Positions 14,289 to 22,647 of a stretch of 43,507 nucleotides of DNA are shown one piece after another; position 1 is the first letter of the stretch; the number at the start of each line of letters is the position of its first letter. The notes beneath the pieces were generated by a model. The model searched no databases, was not told the DNA's origin, and worked only from the letters and a program-made list of their open reading frames with translations. The stretch lies in IMG/VR virus record IMGVR_UViG_3300032157_000022, positions 1 to 43,507 of that record, one strand, 5' to 3'. The translations under genes were made by a program, and so were the position numbers. This DNA comes from a virus.

Positions 14289-15322
14289 TGGGGCGGGCCG
14301 TGGCAAAACTCAAGCTGAAGTACGTCAATGAATACATTGACCGCAACGGCAAGCTGCGGCGCTATTTCCGAAGGGGCGGCAAGCAGATAGGCGCCCTATC
14401 CGGCGAAGTCGGCTCTGATGAATTCATGACGGCCTATGCCGCTTACCTGGCAGAGAAGCCGAAGGCAGCCAAAACCACCTTGCACGAGGATTCGCTCGGC
14501 AAGCTGATCATAGATTTCTACGGCTGCCGCATGTTCACTGACCGCAAGCCGTCAACCCGCAAGCTTTACCGCTACTGCCTCGAACCGATTTCAAAGGCAC
14601 ACGGGCACCGCTCGGCAACACTGATGACGGCCGACCACGCAGAGAAGATCATCAATGCGATCGGTCAGAAGAGGCCTGGCATGGGGAACCTGACGCTGGC
14701 TGTGATGCGTCGGGTCATGCAATTCGCGATTAAGCAGAAGCGCCGCAAGGATAATCCATTTATCGGGCTTGAACCTTTCGAGGTCGGCGAACACCATACT
14801 TGGACCGATGCGGAGCTGAAGCAGTTCGAGGCCTACTGGAGGCTCGGAACGCGCCAACGGCTCGCCTATTCGCTGTTGCTATATACAGGACAGCGAGTTG
14901 GCGACGTGGCAGCCATGAAGCGAGCCGACATCACAGATGGTGCCGTCCACGTCATCCAGGAAAAGACCGGCGCCGAACTGTGGGTTCCGATCCATCCCGA
15001 TCTGCTCCGGGCAATGAAGGCTTACCCGGCGAAAGGCTTGACCCTGATCGGAGATCCGAACGGCCGACCAATCAAGCGCCAGGCGTTGTCAAGGATGATG
15101 CGCGTGGCAATCAAGGAAGCTGGACTGCCGGTCCGATGCGTCTCCCACGGGCTCCGCAAGGCCAATGCGCGCCTCTTGGCGGAATCGGACTCGACGGAAA
15201 AGCAAATTGCCGCCGTGTCCGGTCACAAGACATTGAGAGAGATCGAGCGCTACACCAAGGCCGCGAGCCAGAAGAAAATGGCCATTTCGGCCATGGACAA
15301 GATGCCTAACCGGAAAGCGTGA
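14285..15322 (+). CDS. int: Tyrosine integrase 1
   Basis: ..LLLYTGQRVGDV..HGLRKANARLLAE..VSGHKTLREIERYTK (R..HxxR..H..Y). Confidence 0.85.
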   Translation: MMGRAVAKLKLKYVNEYIDRNGKLRRYFRRGGKQIGALSGEVGSDEFMTAYAAYLAEKPKAAKTTLHEDSLGKLIIDFYGCRMFTDRKPSTRKLYRYCLEPISKAHGHRSATLMTADHAEKIINAIGQKRPGMGNLTLAVMRRVMQFAIKQKRRKDNPFIGLEPFEVGEHHTWTDAELKQFEAYWRLGTRQRLAYSLLLYTGQRVGDVAAMKRADITDGAVHVIQEKTGAELWVPIHPDLLRAMKAYPAKGLTLIGDPNGRPIKRQALSRMMRVAIKEAGLPVRCVSHGLRKANARLLAESDSTEKQIAAVSGHKTLREIERYTKAASQKKMAISAMDKMPNRKA

Positions 15323-15484
15323 ATTGCCTAACCGTCCGAAACCATCAATGAAAACAACGCCGAATTGCGAGATAATCTATAAGAGGCGTTACCGGAAAAG
15401 TAAGCATTAACAATTTCTTGCACTGCCTAACTCTCACAGAAGGCCCAATTGATATGATTGAGGAAAAAACCGAAGTGCCTAACT
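15303..15484 (+). repeat. Four direct copies of TGCCTAAC(C/T) at 15303, 15325, 15424 and 15476 (candidate recombinase arm sites / attP)
   Basis: Read directly. An 8-mer four times in 182 bp spanning the int1-int2 junction. GAATTGC also occurs twice (15321, 15361). Confidence 0.6.
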
Positions 15485-16497
15485 CGAAGGTCACGACGCT
15501 CGGGGATTTGATCAAGACCTATCAGACCGATCGCATTTCGACATATCACGCGCTCCGCTATCACACGCGCCAAAACGCGGCGAGCATCCTAAAGCGCATC
15601 GTCGCCGCCAAGGGGCACGTCGAGCTGAGCGCCATCAAGCGCCGGGATCTGGCCGAATGGTACATGGACTGGTCCGCCGGCGGGAAAGTATCCATGGCGC
15701 ACGCCTTCATCGCCCAACTTCGGACCATCAGCGGCTACGGCGCCAGCATGCTTGAAAACGACGAGTGCGAGCGGATTTCCTCGGTCCTGCACCGGATGAA
15801 GTTCGCGCACGGCCCGCCGCGCACCGAGCGCCTTACGTCCGATCAGGTCGTCATGATCCGTACCGCGGCGCGGGATCATTTCGGCTGGTACTCGCTAGCC
15901 CTCGCTCAGGCCTTCCAGTTTGAGTGCATTTTCCGTCAGAAAGACATCTGCGGAGAATGGGTTCCGGAGAGCGAGCCGGGCGAGTCCGACGTTCATGTGG
16001 CCGGCCAGAAGTGGCTGCGCGGCATTCGCTGGGAAGAGATCGACGACAAGTGGATTCTGACGCACAAGACGAGCAAGCGCCAGAAAGATATCCAGTGGAA
16101 CTTAGCGGCTGCACCGATGGTCCAAGAAGAATTGGCCGTCCTGGTCGAGCTGCCCGTAGATCAGTTATCCCGCCATCTATTCCCCACCAGCGGGCCGATC
16201 ATCATCAACGACGTGAACGGTCTGCCGTGGACAGCCAATGAGTTTCGCCGCAAATGGCGGAAGGTCGCCAACCATTGCAAGATCCCGAAGGGTGTCCGCA
16301 ATATGGACACACGCGCCGGCGCGATTACCGAAGCCACCGAGGGTGGTGCCGATCTTGAGCACGTCAAACATGCCGCCACGCACAGCGACATCGCGCAGAC
16401 CCAGCGCTACAGCCGCGGCGCTACCGAGAAGATCGCCAGCGTTCAGAAAACCCGGATCGAGTTTCGCAACCGGAAGAAGTTTTTGCACGGCGAGTGA
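15454..16497 (+). CDS. Tyrosine recombinase 2 (divergent)
   Basis: ..FECIFRQKDI..NMDTRAGAITEA..AATHSDIAQTQRYSRG. ATG 15454 within ORF 15418..16497. Confidence 0.75.
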   Translation: MIEEKTEVPNSKVTTLGDLIKTYQTDRISTYHALRYHTRQNAASILKRIVAAKGHVELSAIKRRDLAEWYMDWSAGGKVSMAHAFIAQLRTISGYGASMLENDECERISSVLHRMKFAHGPPRTERLTSDQVVMIRTAARDHFGWYSLALAQAFQFECIFRQKDICGEWVPESEPGESDVHVAGQKWLRGIRWEEIDDKWILTHKTSKRQKDIQWNLAAAPMVQEELAVLVELPVDQLSRHLFPTSGPIIINDVNGLPWTANEFRRKWRKVANHCKIPKGVRNMDTRAGAITEATEGGADLEHVKHAATHSDIAQTQRYSRGATEKIASVQKTRIEFRNRKKFLHGE

Positions 16498-16542
16498 TGA
16501 CCGAGGATGGCGACACCCCACCAGCCAACCAAAGGAGACCAT

Positions 16543-16761
16543 ATGGCTGACCTAAAGAAGATCGACGTTAAAGGCGTCGAGGAATGGCGTGAGTACGATT
16601 TTGATGGCCGGGTGTACCGGATCGACAGCCCTGTCAGCGTCGAGTTTCGGGAAGGCAGCACCACGCACCGCGTGACCGACGCGGCGGGGATTGTCCATTG
16701 CGTGCCGGCACCGGGCCAGCAGGGCTGCGTACTGCGCTGGAAAGGTGCTGTGATTGCCTGA
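16543..16761 (+). CDS. Hypothetical protein (72 aa)
   Basis: AAAGGAGACCAT-ATG, within ORF 16507..16761. Confidence 0.5.
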   Translation: MADLKKIDVKGVEEWREYDFDGRVYRIDSPVSVEFREGSTTHRVTDAAGIVHCVPAPGQQGCVLRWKGAVIA

Positions 16762-17191
16762 CTGGTACGTTACCAAAGACGGCGACCGCAGTTGCATCAA
16801 TCTCTATGAACGGCACTATAGCTGCTATGAATACCGAGACGGACGAAAGCGAAGCCAGTTTGTTGGACCCGGAGAGCACATCGTTCTCCGGACCGGCGAC
16901 GCTGATGCCATGTTTGTTTGGCGAAAGTTCATCGACGATTCCGGGCAGCACGGTGTCAATTGCGCCGTCTTCCGGAACGAGAGCCGCCTCCTATCGTCCG
17001 CCCTTATCCGACAGGCTGACACCGTGGCTGATTTCGCGTGGCCTGGTGAAAGGCATTACACATTCGTCCGTGCGGAAGCAGTTAGGAGCAGCAATCCGGG
17101 CTACTGTTTTATGGCCGCTGGATGGAGGCGATGCGGGATGACCAAGAGCGGATTATTGATATTCGAACGCGCCGCAGTGTTGTGGTGTTGA
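16754..17191 (+). CDS. Hypothetical protein (145 aa)
   Basis: ORF track, TTG start after GGAAAGGTG. Conserved-looking blocks (GVNCAVFRNE, NPGYCFMAAGW) but no family recognised. Confidence 0.55.
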   Translation: MPDWYVTKDGDRSCINLYERHYSCYEYRDGRKRSQFVGPGEHIVLRTGDADAMFVWRKFIDDSGQHGVNCAVFRNESRLLSSALIRQADTVADFAWPGERHYTFVRAEAVRSSNPGYCFMAAGWRRCGMTKSGLLIFERAAVLWC

Positions 17192-17212
17192 GCAGACATT
17201 GAGGAAGATCAG

Positions 17213-17440
17213 ATGAAATTCGTCATTTCGAAAGACGGCGTAAAGCGTTACTTGGAAACGCCATTCGCGCTCTGCATCGATACGGAGCACTTTGCTAGCC
17301 TGATCGATGTTCTAAAAAGCGCACATGCTGGCATGGTTGCCAATGGAACAAGTTACGGTTGGGTTAGGATAGATCCAAGCCATCCCGATCCGGACAGCGC
17401 GCCCAACACTCCGCCGCTAGAATGGGTCTCACGCAGCTAA
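17213..17440 (+). CDS. Hypothetical protein (75 aa)
   Basis: ORF track, GAGGAAGATCAG-ATG. Confidence 0.55.
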   Translation: MKFVISKDGVKRYLETPFALCIDTEHFASLIDVLKSAHAGMVANGTSYGWVRIDPSHPDPDSAPNTPPLEWVSRS

Positions 17441-17544
17441 ACAGACACCATTTCCGTGGGGCGCGCTCCCGACAGCTTCACGGTCATAGAACCTCGGGGG
17501 CGGAACCGCTAGCCGGCGGAGGCAGACGAAACGGGTGAGTACTC

Positions 17545-17590
17545 TGGAGGCGCGGGTTCGAGTCCCGCTCGGCGAAAGCCGGTAGCTCAG
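17545..17590 (+). other. tRNA-like fragment: T-arm GCGGG-TTCGAGT-CCCGC plus acceptor-like TCGGCGA, followed 5 nt later by the D-arm-like GGTAGCTCAGG
   Basis: Read directly. No complete cloverleaf could be folded, so it is not called a tRNA gene. Possible att core. Confidence 0.4.
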
Positions 17591-17692
17591 GAGATGGATC
17601 ACGGGCACGCCGCGGGGCTCCGCGGGACCGCCATCGAGGGAGAGCGCTAGTGGAAAGCCCGGCCTACTGATAAGCGATCATCGAGGAAGCCA

Positions 17693-17797
17693 ATGAAATT
17701 CGACTCAGGCCAAGCCAAGATATTGGGTACTTTCCTTCCCAGGACGATCTTTGGTTTGGCTTCCAACCCGGTCGCACCCTCTCGGGTTGAGAAATGA
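17693..17797 (+). CDS. Possible micro-ORF (34 aa)
   Basis: GAGGAAGCCA-ATG. MKFDSGQAKILGTFLPRTIFGLASNPVAPSRVEK. Weak evidence. Confidence 0.2.
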   Translation: MKFDSGQAKILGTFLPRTIFGLASNPVAPSRVEK

Positions 17798-17821
17798 GGG
17801 CGCGCTATTTTATCTTAGATA
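17787..17821 (+). promoter_or_regulatory. Promoter-like TTGAGA-N18-TATCTT with the palindrome TATCT-T-AGATA (17811..17821) ahead of the moron cluster
   Basis: Read directly. AT-rich and immediately upstream of the SD AGAGGTGAAGC-ATG. Confidence 0.3.
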
Positions 17822-17831
17822 GAGGTGAAGC

Positions 17832-18032
17832 ATGGGCTGGTGGGGAAGAGACTGGGGCGTTTGCGGTTGGTCATTGCTTGGCTACGAATGGGTGTATGTA
17901 CCGTTCTGCAAGCGCCTCATGAATATTGATCCGTGGAGCCTGACAACCTACGGCCTAATCCTTCTGGGGATTGCCGTTGCGCTGAACATCTTTCAGGTCG
18001 CGGTAGATATGCGGCCGGCGCGGCGCGCTTAA
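17832..18032 (+). CDS. Small Trp-rich membrane protein (66 aa)
   Basis: ORF track. MGWWGRDWGVCGWSLLGYEW...LTTYGLILLGIAVALNIFQV. Confidence 0.5.
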   Translation: MGWWGRDWGVCGWSLLGYEWVYVPFCKRLMNIDPWSLTTYGLILLGIAVALNIFQVAVDMRPARRA

Positions 18033-18060
18033 TCGATGCTGGCCAAGCAGGGATAGACCC

Positions 18061-18213
18061 ATGACGATTGATCTATCAGAAGCCGAGCGCAATATGTTGA
18101 TTGTCCTCCTTATCGAACAGGAGAGCAAATTCCCGGATCAACCATACATTCAGATGGGCCGGAAATTGAAGGAGCGTTTGCATAGGATCGGCCAAGCAAC
18201 GAGGAACCCATGA
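18061..18213 (+). CDS. Micro-ORF (50 aa)
   Basis: Not in the track. MTIDLSEAERNMLIVLLIEQESKFPDQPYIQMGRKLKERLHRIGQATRNP. ATGA overlap with the next ORF. Confidence 0.4.
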   Translation: MTIDLSEAERNMLIVLLIEQESKFPDQPYIQMGRKLKERLHRIGQATRNP

Positions 18214-18383
18214 ACGCGATTGCAGCAGCAGCGAACGGAATGGCTGTCGGTACTAATGCTGGGGCGCTTCTTTTCCTAGAAAGAGAAGTGACATGGAACT
18301 CTTGGCTCGGGATAGGTATTTGCGGGTTCTATATGGTCTGGTTTTGTCTCCCAACGTCTAAGGGGCTTCCACGATCTCCCTGA
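18210..18383 (+). CDS. Micro-ORF, membrane (57 aa)
   Basis: Not in the track. MNAIAAAANGMAVGTNAGALLFLEREVTWNSWLGIGICGFYMVWFCLPTSKGLPRSP. Confidence 0.4.
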   Translation: MNAIAAAANGMAVGTNAGALLFLEREVTWNSWLGIGICGFYMVWFCLPTSKGLPRSP

Positions 18384-18422
18384 GCCATTGATCAGGCGGG
18401 CAACGTGGGGTAGTGGTGGGGG

Positions 18423-18608
18423 ATGGGAATCCTAGATGCAATCCGGCTTGTTTGGTGCCTCTACGCCCCTTGGCATAGGTGGGTTGAGCGAGAGCCAATC
18501 GGCAGCATTGAGCGGGTCACATGCTCCTGCGGTCGCTTTTATCGACTTAATCACCGGATACATACTGTAGAGGGTGACGATGGCAAAAGAATCCGAAGAA
18601 CTAATTGA
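18423..18608 (+). CDS. Hypothetical protein (61 aa)
   Basis: ORF track, low GC. Overlaps the next ORF by 29 nt. Confidence 0.3.
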   Translation: MGILDAIRLVWCLYAPWHRWVEREPIGSIERVTCSCGRFYRLNHRIHTVEGDDGKRIRRTN

Positions 18609-18771
18609 TTTCTGGAAATCGGTAGACCGGATCGAGTTGAAATACTCGCTGTCGGGATCATCTACACTTTTCGACTTAAAGAGGATACTTGAGGCATGTG
18701 GCTTTGGGCAGATTTTCATAGACGTACATGACTTAAAATCCGGGACGATTACCGCAGTTCGCGTGCCTTAG
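18580..18771 (+). CDS. Hypothetical protein (63 aa)
   Basis: GAGGGTGACG-ATG, within ORF 18574..18771. Its stop overlaps the convergent stop of the minus-strand tailspike gene. Confidence 0.4.
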   Translation: MAKESEELIDFWKSVDRIELKYSLSGSSTLFDLKRILEACGFGQIFIDVHDLKSGTITAVRVP

Positions 18772-20234
18772 AGCGTCCAACTCTGGAACGGCGTATGCGC
18801 AGGTAGCGCCGACTGGGTAGTGAACAACAAGTTGCCAGTGCAGGTCACCATCGTCAGATCCGCGCAAGGATGGCCGGCAATATGCCACGGCGAAGACTTG
18901 CCATTGATAGTTCCGGGAACCGGGTCAGGCAAGTTGGTCGTGACATAGGTTCTGCCACCAGATTGAGACACATCCAACACCTGAAATGATCTAGCAAACC
19001 CGTCGCTGGCATCCAACAAAACAGCATTAGTGCCGGGAACAGCCCAATAATGGGTGGTATTGCTAGGAGATCCAGGCCCGCCTGCATAGCTTAGAACGCC
19101 GCCACCCTCTTCCGTCATATCAGAGAACGGTGTCGTTACATCAAACCGCTCCGAAGAAGGGGCCGATACGTTCGTCATGGTGGTTGGACCCATCGCGCCG
19201 TAGTTCATCGGACCAAAGCGGAAGATGCCACCAGTGCCTATGGTAAGACCGTTGAAGATGTTGCTCAAGCTGGCCCCGCCATTCCACCGCGGCGTGCCTG
19301 ATACGTTTGTTGCCGAGTGGTTGGAAACATAAAGCTCGTTGACGCTGGCGCTTTGGAAATCGACGGCTCTGATATCGCAGTCGATAAATTCAATTCGATG
19401 GATGCACTTATCGACCTCCAGTCCACCGAAGCCGTTTGCACTGCAACGTGTGGCGCGAAATAGATTGTTGACTGTGGGAAATGGTCCGTAGGTAGCGAAC
19501 GAACAATCTGTCCACTGCATGACTCGGGGTTTGCCGTATGTGCCGTTACCGGTGTCCGTGAATGAGGCCCCTTTGAACTCGACCTCCTGATCCCAGAATC
19601 CCTGCATTGGGAACACCGTTGCCGGACCTCCTCGGCCGGCAGTATAAACGGGCCAGGTATCCTTGTAAGAATTCACCAAAGGTTCGGTGAATGTCAGCGC
19701 TCCAGTTCCGATGGATAGAATTTTCCTATATTCGAAGATACCGAGGTTTGGCGGGTCGCCGGCCCCTTGCATGTTGATTCCGCTGACACAGCACCATTGC
19801 CCTACAGAGAAACGGCTTGTTTGACCGGCTGTCTTCAATGTAACCGTACTGGCTCCTGATAAGACCGTATCGATCAGGGTTTCCTTTGCGTTATCGGCGC
19901 CTTGGACAATACCTGCGTTAATAGCAACGCCATTGACGTTGCCGCCAGCTGCCGTAAACGTAACTCCATAAGCTTCGATGACTAGCTGGCTGCCGGCTAT
20001 GCCGGCGGTGTTGGCGAAGTTAAACCCTGCGCTACTATTGTAAGTGCCAGGAGGAACATACAGCCGTGTACGTCCGCTCAAGGCCGCGTAGGCAGTATTG
20101 AAAGACGAAACTGCAGCAAGGTTGGTTGCGCCACTCGCTCCGGGTGATCCGCCAAAAGAAGAGAAGTCAAGACTATTGTCATAGACGTTCCGTGTTCCGC
20201 TTGGCGAGGACGAGAGCCTGAGATTGATTCCCAT
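18768..20234 (-). CDS. Tailspike/depolymerase-like protein 2 (488 aa)
   Basis: N-terminus MGINLRLSSSPSGTRNV is shared with the upstream 803-aa protein. Gly/Asn/Thr-rich repetitive body consistent with a beta-helix (inference). Confidence 0.55.
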   Translation of the reverse strand: MGINLRLSSSPSGTRNVYDNSLDFSSFGGSPGASGATNLAAVSSFNTAYAALSGRTRLYVPPGTYNSSAGFNFANTAGIAGSQLVIEAYGVTFTAAGGNVNGVAINAGIVQGADNAKETLIDTVLSGASTVTLKTAGQTSRFSVGQWCCVSGINMQGAGDPPNLGIFEYRKILSIGTGALTFTEPLVNSYKDTWPVYTAGRGGPATVFPMQGFWDQEVEFKGASFTDTGNGTYGKPRVMQWTDCSFATYGPFPTVNNLFRATRCSANGFGGLEVDKCIHRIEFIDCDIRAVDFQSASVNELYVSNHSATNVSGTPRWNGGASLSNIFNGLTIGTGGIFRFGPMNYGAMGPTTMTNVSAPSSERFDVTTPFSDMTEEGGGVLSYAGGPGSPSNTTHYWAVPGTNAVLLDASDGFARSFQVLDVSQSGGRTYVTTNLPDPVPGTINGKSSPWHIAGHPCADLTMVTCTGNLLFTTQSALPAHTPFQSWTL

Positions 20235-20235
20235 G

Positions 20236-22647
20236 CTACCAGTCCGCAGCTGATTGCAGTTCAGTTATGATATCACCAATCTGAGTGGAGTTGATCGCGC
20301 CCTCCAGGATCATCACGCACTGAATCTTTCCTTTGGCATTGGTTTCAGTAAACGTCGGCACGTCTGAAACCCCGGCTCGCCGTAGATTATAGCAATGCAC
20401 CGATCCTGAGCCCAGGAACGGGACAAACTGAGGAAATGGGCTGGCTCCGAAATCAGTGCTCGAATTGCCGTAGTTTCTAGCACCAGACAGAGCCCCCAAA
20501 ACATATCCGTTTGTAAGCAAAGGAGTCGATTCTCCGAAATCAGGATTAGGGTCTAGCGTAGTTACTGCCGTACCCGCCGTGCTGCCCGTGTAGGCAAACA
20601 TGCTCGTTCCATCATAAGTACCGATGGCGATCTGCATCCCTGAACCGATCGCTGCCACCGTCGCAGTCTTGGTGCTCGTATCATCGCTAAGCGAGAATGA
20701 GATATCGCCAGGCGTTCCAGCAGTGTGCTTCAGTGTGAGGATCTTGTTGCCGTCCGCGGTATTTCCCCAAATTGGACCTGTACCAACGAAAGTGAAATCC
20801 TCAGTCGTCTGCGTGCGCTCGTAGGCGACAATGATGGTGATCTGCCGCTTTTGCTGGATCGTGTTACCGCGGCGAATGTCACCCCAATATCCATAGGAGT
20901 TGTTGTTCGCGTTGATCCAGCAAGGCCCACCGTTGACGCCAGTCGCGTCGTATGTCGTGGCCGATGTCCTCGCTTTGAAGTCTTGGCTGCGAGGTAGTCG
21001 CGTCGTCCCAGCATCATAAACCTTTAAGAACCCGCCCGGCGCTCCGGTCAGTGAAACGCCCATGGCTGGATGTGAGCAAATCTCCAATATGTCACGAATT
21101 CCAACACTATCTAGCATCGCGTCGAAGCGATCCATGAATCCTTGATTGACAGTCGATGTATCGCCGCCATCGTCAGCGACACGATTGTAATGCTCATTGA
21201 CGAAAGCGCTTGACGAGCTGACATAGACCGAGAGCACCCGAGACTTGCGCTCCGTTCCGCTATCCAACGTCACTAGCTTATACCAATAGCGACCAGTTGA
21301 CGGGCTGTCGGTCGCCGATGTCACACCGCTGTAATCGCCCACCAGGGTTGCTTGAGTTGTGGCGTTCGTTCCGCGATACAGACGATAGGTATTCTGCGGC
21401 AATGCATCTTTCCACGAAATCGTGGCCGTTCCTGATGCACACGACACTGCCATTCCAACAGGGGCGGCCTGAAGCGAAGCAATATTGTCAATTCGTACAA
21501 CCAGCTTATCCATGAATTGATGGTCAAGGCCGCCGCCAAGTGCATAAGGAGCGCCGCCGCGCCCCTCTCCTAGAGCTGTTGTATTCGTGTCTCCAGGAAA
21601 GCCATATGTCGGCCAGCCGTAGAGAATCCCGTCCTCATAATAACCAGGGCACTCTTGCAGGAATGTTGGACCGGGATATCCGGAATTACCCCATCCTGAA
21701 GCTAGCCGGACCTTTGCCGGGGTGCTGATTTTATTGAACGACGAATCCATTGCGATGATGGTGCAATATTCGTTCAAGCCTCCTCCCGTTGCGCTTTCGC
21801 GACAAAGAGCATACTTTTGTGCCCCGACTTCAAAGACACATCCAATGCCGTAGCTGCCGCCGCTGTCGTCATCGATATTTGAAATGGGCTGATAATTCGT
21901 CGTGTATGTAATTCCGTCAGTTGATGTCCATATCGATGTGATGGGATCGCCACCCGCATCGTTCAGGGTTGAAAAACAGATGGTGGTAAAGTCATTCGCG
22001 CCGTTCCGTTTGTAGTACCGGACAAACGAAGACCACTTGTTACTGGCATCGTTGGGGTGACTGAATTCCTTCAACGTAAATGTGACAAAATCGCTAGACC
22101 GCCATACCGTCGTTTGGTGCGCGTTCGCGGTCTCCATCCAAAGATAGATAGGCAAACCATCAGGGTCATCAGGATTGTACCCGATAGTCGGAAATTCATA
22201 GGCCCTGTACGGGCCGCCCGTGGGATAGTTCGTGGTGCCAGAGAATTGAGTATAGAAGCTCAATATTTCGGTCACTGTCCGAGGGAAATCCCAAGGCTGG
22301 AAAGAATAGCCTACATATGTTCCGTCACCACCTCGCCAGCCGAACATATTCGTTGGATGGTCTCCACCGCCAACCCAAGCATAGCGGCGACCACCTTGCG
22401 CGGCCTTTATCGCAGCACCTTCCGACCCCATTTGATCCAAATCGTAGCACCTCCAGTTGTACAGGCCGGATGCGTTATAAAATCCTACGGTGCTAACCGC
22501 TGGCGATCCATTACCCGGAACGAGATACTGCGTCGGGTCGCTCGGGTCCATACCAAATACATGCGCTTCCGATGCGACAACGACTGGATTGAAAGCTATG
22601 TTGCGTGTGCCGTTCGGCGAAGACGATAGCTTGAGGTTCATTCCCAT
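20236..22647 (-). CDS. Tailspike/depolymerase-like protein 1 (803 aa)
   Basis: N-terminus MGMNLKLSSSPNGTRNI. Central FN3-like segment (GTATISWKDALPQNTYRLYRGTNATTQ..YWYKLVTLD). Large multi-domain. Confidence 0.55.
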   Translation of the reverse strand: MGMNLKLSSSPNGTRNIAFNPVVVASEAHVFGMDPSDPTQYLVPGNGSPAVSTVGFYNASGLYNWRCYDLDQMGSEGAAIKAAQGGRRYAWVGGGDHPTNMFGWRGGDGTYVGYSFQPWDFPRTVTEILSFYTQFSGTTNYPTGGPYRAYEFPTIGYNPDDPDGLPIYLWMETANAHQTTVWRSSDFVTFTLKEFSHPNDASNKWSSFVRYYKRNGANDFTTICFSTLNDAGGDPITSIWTSTDGITYTTNYQPISNIDDDSGGSYGIGCVFEVGAQKYALCRESATGGGLNEYCTIIAMDSSFNKISTPAKVRLASGWGNSGYPGPTFLQECPGYYEDGILYGWPTYGFPGDTNTTALGEGRGGAPYALGGGLDHQFMDKLVVRIDNIASLQAAPVGMAVSCASGTATISWKDALPQNTYRLYRGTNATTQATLVGDYSGVTSATDSPSTGRYWYKLVTLDSGTERKSRVLSVYVSSSSAFVNEHYNRVADDGGDTSTVNQGFMDRFDAMLDSVGIRDILEICSHPAMGVSLTGAPGGFLKVYDAGTTRLPRSQDFKARTSATTYDATGVNGGPCWINANNNSYGYWGDIRRGNTIQQKRQITIIVAYERTQTTEDFTFVGTGPIWGNTADGNKILTLKHTAGTPGDISFSLSDDTSTKTATVAAIGSGMQIAIGTYDGTSMFAYTGSTAGTAVTTLDPNPDFGESTPLLTNGYVLGALSGARNYGNSSTDFGASPFPQFVPFLGSGSVHCYNLRRAGVSDVPTFTETNAKGKIQCVMILEGAINSTQIGDIITELQSAADW

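Noticed and set aside
17494-17577. Complete tRNA (or two-piece tmRNA) gene
   Set aside because: Only a T-arm and an acceptor-like 3' strand are present. The best 5' partner (TCGGGGG) gives 5/7 pairs, no D-stem or anticodon stem closes, there is no CCA, and there is no tmRNA tag-like reading frame (ANDN..).
17578-17590. RfaH ops-like CGGTAGC heptamer as the loading site for the phage NusG paralog
   Set aside because: It is on the plus strand far from the late operon and matches only 7 of 12 ops positions. More simply, it is part of the tRNA-like D-arm sequence.
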